From: an uncultured Actinomycetes bacterium
GTDB lineage: Bacteria > Actinomycetota > Thermoleophilia > Gaiellales > Gaiellaceae
Assembly (NCBI GenBank): GCA_963720515.1
Contig: OY970397.1
Coordinates: forward strand, 223,363-287,362
Direction of reading: 5' to 3'
DNA length: 64,000 nucleotides
The notes under the pieces were generated by a model that did not search any database, was not told the DNA's origin, and was given only the letters and a program-made list of their open reading frames with translations. The position numbers were made by a program, and so were the translations under genes. Shown here one piece after another: positions 20,186 to 31,019 of the stretch (position 1 is its first letter; each line of letters opens with the position of its first letter).

Positions 20186-20303
20186 GGAGTAGACGCGCGC
20201 GCGTCTGACTTCGGGTCCCGACCCGCCCCCTGCTCGCCGCTCAGGCTATCGCTGAAAACCGCACGTGTCTGTGACGGAACTGCACCAAAAGCGTGAAATC
20301 GGG
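20186..20303 (-). repeat. intergenic element family, copy A (hairpin module type 3)
   Basis: Minus-strand reading: ..GTTCCGTCACAGACA-17 nt-TAGCCT-GAGCGGCGAGCAGGGGGCGGGTCGGGACCCGAAGTCAGACGCGCGCGCGTCT. The -35-like hexamer is at 20266-20271 and the -10-like hexamer at 20243-20248 (plus-strand coordinates). Confidence 0.8.
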
Positions 20304-20360
20304 CAGCCCGGGTACCCGCGCGGAGTCACCCGGATAGACTCGGCGGCGGAAGGAGGCGCA

Positions 20361-20685
20361 ATGTTGAACCGGCGGAAGGCGACGATCGGCTGGCTCGCGT
20401 ACACGATCGGGAAGCCGGTTGTCGTCGGCACGATCAAGCGACGGGCGCGGCGAGCCGCGGCGAAGGACGACGAGCGGCGGCTCCACGGGCAAGACGGTCG
20501 CGAAGACGGCCGGGCTCCTCGCGGCGGCGGGCGCCGCTGCCGGGGCCGTGGTCTTCTGGCGCCGCTCCTCGAACGGGGCGGGCCCGGAGAGCGAGGCCCT
20601 CGCCGAGGCGAAGGGCGAGGACGAGAGCCGCAAGCCGGAGCCTGCACGCAGGGCGAACGGCGGCGGCGAGCCTCCCGAGAGCTGA
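20361..20685 (+). CDS. small membrane protein, frame broken once near 20475
   Basis: GGAAGGAGG then ATG 20361. MLNRRKATIGWLAYTIGKPVVVGTIKRR... continues in the frame of ORF 20419..20685 (GKTVAKTAGLLAAAGAAAGAVVFWRR...). Confidence 0.5.
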
Positions 20686-21815
20686 CCGCGGGGCGCGCCG
20701 ATACGGTCGTCGCGGGCGGCGGCCTGGCCGGGTGCGCCGTCGCGCGTTACCTCGCTGAGCGCGGCGAAGCGGTCGTCTGTGTCGAGCGCGGCTCGATCGG
20801 CGCGGGGGCGAGCGGGCGAAACGGCGGCTTCCTCTTCCGGCAACCCGCCGCGTGGATCAACGAGCTCCTGGCCGAGTCGGCGTCGATCTACGCCGAGCTC
20901 CAGGCCGGCGGGCCCGTCCCGTTCGAGTTCCGGCCGTGGCCGATGCTGCTCCTCGCCGCCGAGGAGGCCGAGCTCGAGCACGCCCGCGCCTACGCGGCCG
21001 CGGTCGGCGGCGCCGAGCACGACACGCGCGCCGATCCCTGGCTCGCCGACGACCTGGCCGGGCGGATTCCTCATCGACGGCGGCTACACGCTCGACGCGA
21101 TGGGCGCCACGAGCGCGATGGCCGAGGCCGCGCGCCGCGCCGGCGCCGAGCTCCGCACCGGCTGCGAGGCGAAGCGGATCCTCGTGGAGGGCGGCCGCGT
21201 GACCGGGCTCGTGACGGACGACGGCGTGATCGGGGCCGACCGCGTCGTGGTGGCGACCGGCCCTCGCACGCGGTTCCTGCTGCGCACCGCGGGCGTCGAT
21301 CTCCCGATCTCGTCCACGCGCGGCTGGCTGCTCGAGACCGCGCCGCTCGACCGGCGTCCCGCCGTACGCGATCGAGGAGGCGCGCTGGCCGGAACAGGAC
21401 GCGATGGGCGCGCTCGCGGCCGATCAGACGCTCGGCGAGCTCGCCGCCGGCGCCCGAGGATCCCGGCATCGTGTCGCTCCTCCTCGGCCCGCGCCCGGCG
21501 GGGCATCTGCTCATCGGCACGTCGCTGCGGCGCTCGCTCGTCGAGGACCCGGAGGGGCCGGAGACGCCTCGGGCGCTGGCCGAGCGCGCCGTCCGGATCG
21601 CCCCGCAGCTCCGGGACGTCCCCGTCGTCGCGGCCTGGTCGGGCCGCCGGGCCATGACGCCGGACGGTCTCCCCGCGGTCGGCCCGGTGCCGGGGGTCGA
21701 GGGGCTCGACGTCGCCGCCGGGTTCTCGTCGATCGGCATGGTCACGATCCCGGCCGCGTGCCGCCGCCTGGTCGAGGGCGGCGCCGAGGCCTTCGACCCC
21801 GGGCGCTTCGCGTGA
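20682..21815 (+). pseudogene. FAD-dependent oxidoreductase (DAO/DadA-like) with about three frame breaks
   Basis: DTVVAGGGLAGCAVARYLAERGEAVVCVE (dinucleotide-binding motif). Pieces lie in three frames, with breaks near 21060, 21355 and 21450. The C-terminus ends ...AAGFSSIGMVTIPAACRRL. The start codon is uncertain. Confidence 0.7.
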
Positions 21816-22750
21816 TCCGCGCGTACCGGCCCGACGACGTCGAGGCGTTCGCCGACCTGCTGGCGGAGATCGAGCCCGAGGAGGCGCGGTCGAACCCGGC
21901 GGGACTCGAGCACTGGATCGAGAGCCAGCCGGAGCGGTCGGCGCTCAGGATCTGGCTGCTCGAGGAGGACGGCCGGCTCGGCGGCGCCGCGTACGCCGGC
22001 CGGAACTGGACGCAGAGCGCGGGCGACACGGCCTGGCTCTGGGCCGGCGTGGCCAGGCGGTTGCGAGGCCATGGCGCCGGCGCCGGGCTGTTCGACCGCG
22101 CCGAGGCACACGCGGTCTCGCTCGGGCCGCGCACGATCGACACCTGGGCGTTCGAGGGCACGGGCGGCGAGGCGTTCGCCCTCGCACGCGGATTCGAGCC
22201 GTCGCGGCGCGACCTCGTCCAGCGCCTCGACCCGCGCGAGGCCGACCTCTCCGAGCTCGAGCCGCTTGCCGAGGCGCGGCGCGCGGACGGCTTCGAGGCG
22301 GTTCCGCTCGGCGCTGTCCGGGAGGACGAGACGGGACTCCACACGCTCTACCTCGCGGCGATGAACGACATCCCGTCGGACGAGCCGGAGGACTACCTGC
22401 CGTTCGACGAGTTCGTCTACCACGTCCTCGAGGACCCGAATCTCGATCCGGAGGCGAGCACGGTGATCGTCCACGACGGCCGGCCGGTCGCCCTCGCGCT
22501 CCTGCGCTCGATGCCCGAGTACGGGATCGGCGAGAGCGAGATGACCGGGACGCTGCCCGAGTTCCGTGGGCGCGGCCTCGCGCGGCTCGCGAAGCTCCGC
22601 GTCGTCCGCGGCGCGCGCGAGCTCGGGCTCGCGGAGCTGCTCACGGAGAACGACTCGGAGAACGCGCCGATCCTCGCCGTGAACCGCCGGCTCGGCTACC
22701 GCGTGACCCACACGCGGCTCACCCTCGTGCGCGCTACGCTGGGCGCATGA
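21812..22750 (+). CDS. GNAT family N-acetyltransferase (two GNAT-like halves)
   Basis: VIRAYRPDDVEAFADLL...RRLRGHGAGAGL and ...LPEFRGRGLARLAKL...ENAPILAVNRRLGY. GTGA overlap with the upstream gene. Confidence 0.8.
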   Translation: MIRAYRPDDVEAFADLLAEIEPEEARSNPAGLEHWIESQPERSALRIWLLEEDGRLGGAAYAGRNWTQSAGDTAWLWAGVARRLRGHGAGAGLFDRAEAHAVSLGPRTIDTWAFEGTGGEAFALARGFEPSRRDLVQRLDPREADLSELEPLAEARRADGFEAVPLGAVREDETGLHTLYLAAMNDIPSDEPEDYLPFDEFVYHVLEDPNLDPEASTVIVHDGRPVALALLRSMPEYGIGESEMTGTLPEFRGRGLARLAKLRVVRGARELGLAELLTENDSENAPILAVNRRLGYRVTHTRLTLVRATLGA

Positions 22751-23124
22751 GCGCGGTGACCGATCCGCTCGAGGGCGCCTCGACGAGCGAGGTGGGCGGG
22801 GCGCAGATCGACGTCGTCGACGTCGGCAAGGGCCGCGTGAAGCGCGTCGTCTACCCGGCCGGCTTCCGCTGGAGCGTGAACATGAAGCCGCACGTGGACA
22901 CCGACCTCTGCATGCACGCGCACATCGGCTTCCTGGCGCAGGGCGCGATCACGGGCGAGTACCCGGACGGCTGCACGTTCCACTACGAGGCGCCGGCGGT
23001 CGTCGCGATCGACCCGGGCCACGACGCGTGGGTCGAGGGCGACGAGCCCGCGGTGCTAATCGAGTTCGACGCCGGGCGCGACACGACCGAGATGTTCGGC
23101 GTCCCCGCCGAGCACTCGCACTAG
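22747..23124 (+). CDS. cupin domain protein
   Basis: 125 aa, small beta-barrel-like sequence (HAHIGFLAQGAITGEYPDG...AVLIEFD). ATGA overlap with the upstream gene. Confidence 0.6.
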   Translation: MSAVTDPLEGASTSEVGGAQIDVVDVGKGRVKRVVYPAGFRWSVNMKPHVDTDLCMHAHIGFLAQGAITGEYPDGCTFHYEAPAVVAIDPGHDAWVEGDEPAVLIEFDAGRDTTEMFGVPAEHSH

Positions 23125-23801
23125 GTCGCGGGCACGAGCCAGGTCGAGCGCGCGTAGGCCTTGAGCTCGCCGTGCGCGTCGAAGACGGCCGAGCCCGCAA
23201 AGCGCTTGCGCCCGTCCTCGCCGATCGGCCAGCCGATGACGACGTGCGGCTCGCCGGGGGTCACCGGGGCGACGATCCGCGCTGCAAGCCGCCCGAGCAG
23301 CACGCCGGAGCGCGAGAACTCGTCCACGGCCCAGCCGCTCGGGCAGTCGAGTGCGGCCCAGACGATCTCGTCCGGCAACGTCGGCCGGCGGCGTCCACGG
23401 CGAGGCGACGAGCTCGCGTCCGGCGACCGGCCCGGGGAAGATGCCAAGCCCGTCGTCCCGCGCAGGCCCGCAGACAAAGCACGTCTCGTAGGCGTGCGCG
23501 ACGAAACCCGGCGTAGCCCTTGCTCGCCTCTGCGGCGTCCTCCACGGACACCGGGCCGGGAACGTCGAGCTCGAACCCGTCGAGCGCGACCGCCTCCGCG
23601 ACGAGCGTCTCACCGTCGCGCACCTCGACTCGACCGTCCTCGCGCACCACCGCGAGCGGCCGGTCGAGCGGCGGCGGCACCCGCAGCGTCACCTCGGCAT
23701 GGCCGCCGAGTAGCGCGGCAGACGAGCCCGGCGGCATAGCCGCCGTTCGCGGAAGACGGGGGGCCATTGAAACGGCTGCGGATGGTGATGGTCTCGCTCA
23801 C
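23121..23801 (-). pseudogene. hotdog-fold thioesterase-like protein with about three frame breaks
   Basis: VSETITIRSRFNGPPSSANGGYAAGL / LGGHAEVTLRVPPPLDRPL... / AHAYETCFVCGPARDDGLGI / PDEIVWAALDCPSGW...VVIGWPIGEDGRKRFAGSAVF. Breaks near 23720, 23505 and 23390. TAGCTT lies 8 nt upstream of GTG 23801. Confidence 0.6.
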
Positions 23802-23824
23802 GGACGGCGAAGCTAGCAGGTGCC

Positions 23825-24499
23825 TTACACCCGGTAGAGCGCCGGCAGGAACACGTGGCCGGCGTGGGGGACCTCGACGTCCTCGAGGCCAAGCTCGTGG
23901 TCGATCGCCGGGAGCGCTCGCTCCCACTCGGTTTGCGTCGCGCCGATGTGCGTTGCGTCGTTCACGAACAGGACGTGGACGAGCCAGGCGTTCACGCCCG
24001 CGTCGCGCAGGAACTGGAGGTGTGCGTAGCGGGCGGCGGACTCGTAGAAGGAGCGCGTCCAGCGGTCCGGATCGGACTCGAGGCCGAGCGAGGCCTGCGT
24101 GTAGGCGAGCGCGCTCTTGATGCGCGAGGCCGACTTGGCGTTGGCTGCGCTCATCCGGCTTCGCAGCTCGCCCGGGTAGCTCGCGCCCTCGACGAGCAGC
24201 GCGCCCGGGTCGCCGTTGGGGAGCGTGAGGATCGCGGTCGCGTCCCACGCCGGGCCGCCCTTCGGCCAGAACGCCTTCAGCTTCGGCGCGAGCTGCTTGC
24301 AGCCGATCGCGCGCAGGAACGCCTCGTCCTGCGGTTCGCGGTAGTCGTTCGCCTCGAGCGGGGCCGTCCACTCGAACGTCGCGCCGTCGAGTTCCGGGAA
24401 CCGCTCGGCGACGGCGCGCTCGAGCTCGCCCGGGCGCTGGTTCACGTACTCGCGGACCTGGAACTTGCTGCCCTTCGCTCTTGGTGCGGGGCGCTCCAC
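23825..24499 (-). CDS. hypothetical protein (intact 224-aa ORF)
   Basis: Coding-like composition. Contains GGPAWDATAIL...ALLVEGASYPGEL, faintly reminiscent of PD-(D/E)xK cores but lacking the Lys. Confidence 0.6.
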   Translation of the reverse strand: MERPAPRAKGSKFQVREYVNQRPGELERAVAERFPELDGATFEWTAPLEANDYREPQDEAFLRAIGCKQLAPKLKAFWPKGGPAWDATAILTLPNGDPGALLVEGASYPGELRSRMSAANAKSASRIKSALAYTQASLGLESDPDRWTRSFYESAARYAHLQFLRDAGVNAWLVHVLFVNDATHIGATQTEWERALPAIDHELGLEDVEVPHAGHVFLPALYRV

Positions 24500-24543
24500 A
24501 CGCGCAGGATCGCACGCTGCGCCCGCGTCCGTATCATCGCCGC

Positions 24544-25707
24544 GTGCGTCCGCGTCCCGATCGGCTCGAGCGGCTGCCCGCGCAGTACTTCGCCGGGCTG
24601 CTCGGGCGCGTGCAGGCCGCGGCTGCGCTGGACGGGGAGCCGCTCGTCGATCTCGGGCGCGGGAACCCCGACGTGCCGCCGCCTGCGCACGTCGTCGAGC
24701 GGCTCGTCGAGGCGGCGCGCGAGCCGACGCCGCTCCAGCACGGGTACGCGCCGTTCCTCGGGCTGCCCGAGCTGAGGGAGGCGATCGCGGCGCGTTACCG
24801 CGACGTGTACGGGGTCGAGCTCGATCCCGCGCGCGAGGTTGCGGTGATGCCGGGGACGAAGACCGCGCTCGTCGAGTTCGCGCTCGCCGTGGCGGAGCGG
24901 GGCGAGACGATCCTGCTGCCGGACCCGGGGTATCCGGACTACACGTCGGCGGTCGCGCTCGCCGGCGCGCGCGAGGTGCGCGTGCGGCTCGACCCTGATG
25001 CGGGGTGGGCGCCCGATCTCGACGCCGCGCCGCGCGACGGGGTGGCGGGGCTCTACCTCAACTACCCGTCCAACCCGTGCGCGGCGTGCGCGGAGCCCGG
25101 CGTGTTCGAGGCTGCGGTGCGGTTCGCGGAGGAGACGGGCGCGGTGGTCGTGCACGACTTCGCGTACGGCGACCTCGTCTACGACGGGCGCTCGCCGGAG
25201 AGCTTTCTCGCGTGCGCGGGCGCGCGCGAGGTCGGCGTCGAGCTGTTCTCGATGTCGAAGAGCTACGGGATGGCCGGGTGGCGGCTCGGGTTCGTCGTCG
25301 GGAACGCGGAGATCGTGGCGCGGATGAACCTGCTCTCCGACCACGTGCGCGCGGGGATCTTCCGGCCGGTGCAGGAGGCGGGGATCGCGGCGCTCACCGG
25401 GCCGCAGGAGACGGTCGCCGAGCGGCGCGCGCTCTACGAGGGGCGGCGCGACCGGGTGTTCGCGGCGCTGCGCGGGGCCGGGGTGGAGGAGGTGCGCTGC
25501 GACGGGACGTTCTTCGTGTGGTTCCGGCTGCCGGGCGGCGTCACGGCGGACGGGATCCTCGCGGACGCGCGGGTCGCGATCGCGCCGGGCGAGGGCTTCG
25601 GGCCGAGCGGCGCCGGGTGGGCGCGGATCTCACTCGCGACCGCGGACGACGTGCTCGACACCGGGCTCGAGCGTGTCGCGGGCGTGCTCGCGACTGCCGC
25701 GCGCTGA
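24544..25707 (+). CDS. class I/II pyridoxal-phosphate-dependent aminotransferase
   Basis: NYPSNPCAA...FSMSKSYGMAGWRLGF (PLP-lysine motif). TATCAT lies 6 nt upstream of GTG 24544. Confidence 0.88.
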   Translation: MRPRPDRLERLPAQYFAGLLGRVQAAAALDGEPLVDLGRGNPDVPPPAHVVERLVEAAREPTPLQHGYAPFLGLPELREAIAARYRDVYGVELDPAREVAVMPGTKTALVEFALAVAERGETILLPDPGYPDYTSAVALAGAREVRVRLDPDAGWAPDLDAAPRDGVAGLYLNYPSNPCAACAEPGVFEAAVRFAEETGAVVVHDFAYGDLVYDGRSPESFLACAGAREVGVELFSMSKSYGMAGWRLGFVVGNAEIVARMNLLSDHVRAGIFRPVQEAGIAALTGPQETVAERRALYEGRRDRVFAALRGAGVEEVRCDGTFFVWFRLPGGVTADGILADARVAIAPGEGFGPSGAGWARISLATADDVLDTGLERVAGVLATAAR

Positions 25708-25708
25708 A

Positions 25709-25815
25709 TGGCACACCTCGTCACACATCCGGCACATTCCGTCACAGACACGTGACGAAGTTCGCGCTACCGTCGAAAGCGGGGGAAGAGGGCCGAAGGC
25801 CCCGGGGGCAATCTC
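25709..25815 (+). repeat. intergenic element family, copy B (hairpin module type 2)
   Basis: TGGCACACCT CGTCACACATC CGGCACATTC CGTCACAGACA-17 nt-TACCGT (25768-25773), then GGGGGAAGAGGGCCGAAGGCCCCGGGGG. Confidence 0.85.
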
Positions 25816-25825
25816 GCGCGAAGGG

Positions 25826-26743
25826 CTACACGCGGCCCATCGTCGCCAGCACGTCCGCCGCGAACCGCCGGGCCTCGCGGGATGCGCCGTAGCGCCGCAC
25901 CGACGTCGGGCCCTGGTTGTACGCGGCCAGCGCGCGCCGGATGTGGCCGTGGAACTCCCGGTACATCTGGCGCAGGAAGAGGACGCCGACGCGGATGTTC
26001 CCGTCCGTCGAGCGCGCGATCTGCTCGCCGACGAGCACCGTCTCGACGTAGTCCCACGTCGCCGGCGTGACCTGCATCACGCCGAACGCGCCCACGGGCG
26101 ACACCACGTTCGGCTGCCAGCCGGACTCGATCCACGCGAGCGCGCGCACGAGGCGGGTCGACATGCCGTAGCGCACCGCCCAGTAGTCGAGCTTCCCGCG
26201 GATCGTGCTTCGGCCCGAGGACGAGGTTGACGCCGGCCGTACCGCCCGCGACCCGCCGAGCGCCCGCCGCGTCACCGGGCCCGCAACGGCATCCGCGGCC
26301 AGTCCCGCGCGCTTCTGGAACCGTCGCAGCGCGAGCGAGGTCTCCCGGCCGAAGTAGCCGTCCACGATCCCGGTCGGCGCGCCGCGGCGCGACAGCATGA
26401 ACTGGAGCACGGCGACGTCCCAGCCGACCATTCCGATCCGGAGGATGCGCTTCCCGTAGAGCGGGCGGCCCAGCCGGCCGAGCGCGCGCCGCGTCGCCGG
26501 GCCGGGGATCCCGTCCACGGTCAGCCCCTTCCGCTTCTGGAAGTGGCGTACGGCCGCCGCGGTCATCGGCCCCGCGATCCCGTCGATCGCCCCGCGGTAC
26601 TCGCCCCAGGAGCGCAAGGCCACCTGGAGCCCGGCGTGCTGCGGGTTCACGCTCGACCCCGCACGCGCGGCTTCCGCCGGCTGAGCGGCGGCACAGAGGA
26701 CGGCCATTGCGCACGCGGCCGCGATGACGATTCGCGCCGGCAT
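25826..26743 (-). CDS. secreted lytic transglycosylase with two peptidoglycan-binding domains
   Basis: Signal peptide. Two copies of GxIDGIxGPxTxxAVRxFQ. SLT motif ALAWIESGWQPNVVSPVGAFGVMQV. Confidence 0.85.
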   Translation of the reverse strand: MPARIVIAAACAMAVLCAAAQPAEAARAGSSVNPQHAGLQVALRSWGEYRGAIDGIAGPMTAAAVRHFQKRKGLTVDGIPGPATRRALGRLGRPLYGKRILRIGMVGWDVAVLQFMLSRRGAPTGIVDGYFGRETSLALRRFQKRAGLAADAVAGPVTRRALGGSRAVRPASTSSSGRSTIRGKLDYWAVRYGMSTRLVRALAWIESGWQPNVVSPVGAFGVMQVTPATWDYVETVLVGEQIARSTDGNIRVGVLFLRQMYREFHGHIRRALAAYNQGPTSVRRYGASREARRFAADVLATMGRV

Positions 26744-26828
26744 GGACGGACCCCATTGGGGACCCGTCCGCGAACTCCTCCCCCGAAATCGAACGGGCCC
26801 CGGAGCCGAAGCCCCGGGGCCCCTCGAG

Positions 26829-27494
26829 CTAGACGGTCGGCGTCGCGACGGTCGGCGTCGCCGCCGGTACCGCGGTGGTCACCGGCCGCATCCACATGAG
26901 GATCGACAGGACGATGATCCAGAGCGGCACCGCGAAGATGAGCGCCGCCCACCCGATCGGCCCGATGAGGAGCACGAGCGCGATCAGGAGGCTCACCCAC
27001 GCGAGCCACTTCGGCAAGACGCGCGTCTGAAGCGCGACGAGCCCGGTCCCGGCGAGCAGGACCGCGGCGCTGATCTCGGCCCCCACGAAGAACAGGTCGC
27101 CGAGGTTGTGCAGCGCGTCGGCAGTCGTCGCGTTCAGGCTGTCCTCGCTGATTCCCGCGGCCAGGTCGCCTCCGAGGAATCCCAGCGCGAAGACGGCCAT
27201 CGCGACGCCGCCCGCGAAGGTCGTCGCCGTGAGCGCGGCACTTCCGCCCTCGGCGAGGAAGAGCCGCTCGCGCAGCGCGCCGAGGAACCAGAAGAAGAAG
27301 AACACGCCGATCATGAACAGGAACGACCCGATCGTGATCGTGTCCGCGTTGTCCTGGACCCACGCGAGGACCTGGTCGGCCGACGCGTCGTCCGCCGGCA
27401 TGTCAGTGCTCTCCGTGATCAAGAGCCCGATCACCCAGAGCGCCACCGCGAGGATGCCCGTCAGCGGAAGCCACCGTTGAAGCCGCAGAGCCAT
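26829..27494 (-). CDS. integral membrane protein, function unknown
   Basis: About six hydrophobic segments and coding-like composition. Confidence 0.65.
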   Translation of the reverse strand: MALRLQRWLPLTGILAVALWVIGLLITESTDMPADDASADQVLAWVQDNADTITIGSFLFMIGVFFFFWFLGALRERLFLAEGGSAALTATTFAGGVAMAVFALGFLGGDLAAGISEDSLNATTADALHNLGDLFFVGAEISAAVLLAGTGLVALQTRVLPKWLAWVSLLIALVLLIGPIGWAALIFAVPLWIIVLSILMWMRPVTTAVPAATPTVATPTV

Positions 27495-27580
27495 CGTTCC
27501 CCCTTCGTCGTAGATGACGGCGGGAGTGTAGGACGAGCCTCGGCCGAAAGCATCTCGTCGGGCCTGGCTCCTAGACTGGG

Positions 27581-30500
27581 ATGCCCGTGCCCGACGCGTC
27601 CTTCGTTCACCTGCACGTCCACTCCGAGTTCTCGATCCTCGACGGGGCGTGCCGGATCCCGGCGCTCGCCGCGCGGGCCGCCGAGCTCGACATGCCGGCC
27701 GTCGGGCTCACCGACCACGGCTCGCTCGCGGGGGCGGTCGAGCTCTACAAACAGGCCGGAACGCAAGGAATCAAGCCGATTCTGGGCTGCGAGGTCTACG
27801 TCGCCGACGATCGCCGCGCGCTCAAGAAGGGTTATGCGCACCTGACGCTCCTGGCCGAGTCCAACGAGGGCTACGCGAACCTGATCCGCCTCGTCTCGTC
27901 GGGCTACCTCGAGGGCTACTACTACAAGCCGCGCGTCGACTGGGAGCTCCTCGAGCGCCACTCGAAGGGGCTCGTCGCGCTCTCCGGCTGCCTCTCCGGC
28001 CGGGTGTCGAAGGCGCTCGAGCAGGGGAGCCGCGGCCAGGCCGAGGCCGAGCTCGCGCGCCTGCGCGACGTCTTCGGCGCCGACTCGACGTACGTCGAGC
28101 TCCAGAACGCCGGCCTCCCGGTGCAGGAGCGGATCGTCGCCGAGCTCACGGAGATGGCGGCCCAGTTCAACCTCCCGACGGTCGCGACCGGGGACGTCCA
28201 CTACCTGAACCACGCGGACGCGCGCGCACACGAGGCGCTCCTCTGCATCCAGTCGGGCGACTCGCTCTCGAACCCGAACCGGTGGCGCTTCGACACCGAC
28301 CAGTTCTTCTTCAAGAGCCCCGACGAGATGGCGCTCGACTTCCCGGGCCACGAGGACGCGATGCGGCGCACGCTCGAGATCGCCGAGCGCTGCACGGTCA
28401 CGATGGAGCTCGGCCGGATCCTGCTGCCGACCTTCCCGGTGCCCGACGGCCGCGACGCGTTCGACTACCTGGTCGAGCTCTGCGAGAAGGGCCTCGAGCG
28501 CCGCTACGAGCGCGCGACCCCGGAGCTCACCGACCGGCTCAAGTTCGAGCTCAAGACGATCAAGGAGATGGGGTTCGCGGACTACTTCCTGATCGTCTGG
28601 GACTTCATCCAGTTCGCGAAGCGCGAGGGGATCGGCGTCGGCCCGGGCCGCGGCTCGGCGGCCGGCTCGCTGGTCGCCTACTGCCTCGAGGTCACGGACA
28701 TCGACCCGATCCGCTACGACCTGCTCTTCGAGCGGTTCCTGAACCCGGGCCGCAAGTCGATGCCGGACATCGACATCGACTTCTCCGTCCACGGCCGCGA
28801 CCGCGTCATCAACTACGTGGCCGACAAGTACGGGCGCGACCGGGTGGCCCAGATCATCACGTTCGGGACGATGATGGCGCGGGCCGCGGTGCGCGACGCC
28901 GGGCGCGTGCTCGACGTGCCGTACGGGACGGTCGACCGGATCGCGAAGCTCATCCCCGAAGGCCCGAAGGTCTACCTCGAGGAGTCGATGAAGCGCGGCT
29001 CCGACCTGCGCGAGGCCTACGACTCGGACGAGCAAGTGCGCCAGATCGTGGACCTCGCGCGGCCGCTCGAGGGGCTGGTCAGGCAGGACTCGATCCACGC
29101 GGCGGGCGTCGTGATCGGCGACCGGCCGCTCACCGAGTACGTGCCGCTCCAGCAGAAGGGGCCAGAGCAGGAGGTCGTGACGCAGTTCTCGATGGGCGAC
29201 GTCGAGGCGCTCGGTCTGCTCAAGATGGACTTCCTCGGCCTGCGCAACCTGGACGTGATCGACGAGGCGGTCGCGCTCATCGGCAACGGCCTCGACATGC
29301 GGACGGTGCCGCTCGACGACCCGAAGACCTACGCGCTCCTCCAGCGCGGCGAGGCGAACGGCGTCTTCCAGTTCGAGTCCTCCGGGATGCGCGAGGCGCT
29401 CCGGCAGGTGAAGCCCACGGAGTTCGAGGATCTCATCGCGCTCGTCGCGCTCTACCGGCCGGGGCCGATGGCCTACATCCCGGTCTACGCGCGGCGAAAG
29501 CACGGCGGCGAGGCGGTCGCGTTCGCCGATCCGCGGCTCGAGCCGATCACCGGGCCGACCTACGGGATCTGCATCTACCAGGAGCAGTACATGGAGATCG
29601 CCAAGCAACTCGCGGGGTTCACGCCCGCCGAGGCGGACGACCTGCGCAAGGCGATCGGCAAGAAGATCCACGCGCTCATGGCGTCCCTCAAGGACAAGCT
29701 CCTCGAGGGCTGCGCCGCGAACGGGGTCACGCCGCAGGTCGCGCAGCAGCTCTGGAAGGACATGGAGCAGGCGCAGGACTACTCGTTCAACAAGTCGCAC
29801 GCCGCCTGCTACGCGCTCATCGCCTACCGCACCGCGTACCTCAAGGCGAACTTCCCGGCGGAGTACATGGCGGCGCTCATCTCGTCGGTCATGAACACGA
29901 AGGACAAGGTGCCGTACTACGTCGCGGCCTGCGACGAGCTCGGGATCGAGGTGCTGCCGCCCGACGTGAACTCCTCTGCCGCGGACTTCGCGGTCGTCGA
30001 GGGGAAGATCCGGTTCGGGCTGAACGCGGTGAAGAACGTGGGCGGGTCGGCCGCGCAGTCGATCGTCGCGGCGCGCGAGGACGGCGGGCCGTTCGAGTCC
30101 GTCTGGGACTTCGTCGAGCGGGTGGACGCCCAGCTCGTGAACAAGCGCGCGCTCGAGGCCTTGGCGAAGTGCGGCGCGCTGGACTCCACGGGCGCGACGC
30201 GGCGCGGGCTGCTCGACGACGAGATGCTCGAGCGGGTCGTCGGCTGGGGCGTGAAGCACCAGGCCGACCGGCTCTCCGGGCAGGGCTCGATCTTCGACCT
30301 GGGCCTCGAGGACGCGGGGGAGGCCGGCCCGGCGCGGCACCACCCGGTGCTGCCGACGGCGGAGTACGAGAAGCGGACGCTGCTCGCGTTGGAGAAGGAG
30401 AGCCTTGGGCTCTACGTGTCCGAGCATCCCTTGGATGCCGTTCGGGGCGCGCTGCGGCGGAAGACGGACTGCACGCTGGCCGAGCTCGAGCGTCGTCGCG

Positions 30501-31001
30501 ACGGCGACGTCGTCACGGTCGGCGGGCTCGTCGGCGCATCGAAGGCGATCACGACGAAGAAGGGCGACCCGATGGTCTTCCTGCGGCTCGACGACCTGTC
30601 CGGGTCGGTCGAGGTGGTCGTATTCAACTCGGTGCTGGCCGGCTCGCGCGAGCTCCTCGACGTCGATCGCATGCTCGTCCTCAAGGGGCGCGTGGACCAC
30701 AAGCAGGAGGGCGAGACGAAGGTGATCGCGATGGAGGTTGCGCCGTTCGACGCCGCGCCGGATGCGGAGTCGGACCGCGAGGTGCGGCTCCGGGTCGATG
30801 CGCGCGCGGCGCTCGGCGGGGCTCATCCGCGAGTTGGCCGACGTGGCGAAGCGCTACCCGGGCGAGGCGTCAGTGGTGGTCGCGCTCGAGACGTCGCAGG
30901 GCCCACAGACATACGCCTTCGGCCCCGGCTTCCGCGTGAAGCCCGCGCCGGACTTCTACGCCGAGGTGAAGGCGTTGCTCGGCGAAGCCGCCGTCGCGTA
31001 G
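27581..31001 (+). CDS. dnaE: DNA polymerase III alpha subunit, frame broken once near 30810
   Basis: PHP domain (FVHLHVHSEFSILDG), the polymerase core, and the OB fold. The last ~65 codons (SAGLIRELADVAKRYPGEASVVVALE...) lie in the frame of ORF 30738..31001. Confidence 0.95.
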
Positions 31002-31019
31002 CCGGCGCTCCCGACCGGC

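Noticed and set aside
26787-26818. Hairpin GGGCCCCGG-agccgaagc-CCGGGGCCC, resembling the type 2 hairpin module of the repeat family.
   Set aside because: Only the GC stem and the CGAAG-like loop are similar. The phased repeats, CAGACA and TANNNT blocks are absent, so I do not count it as a family copy.
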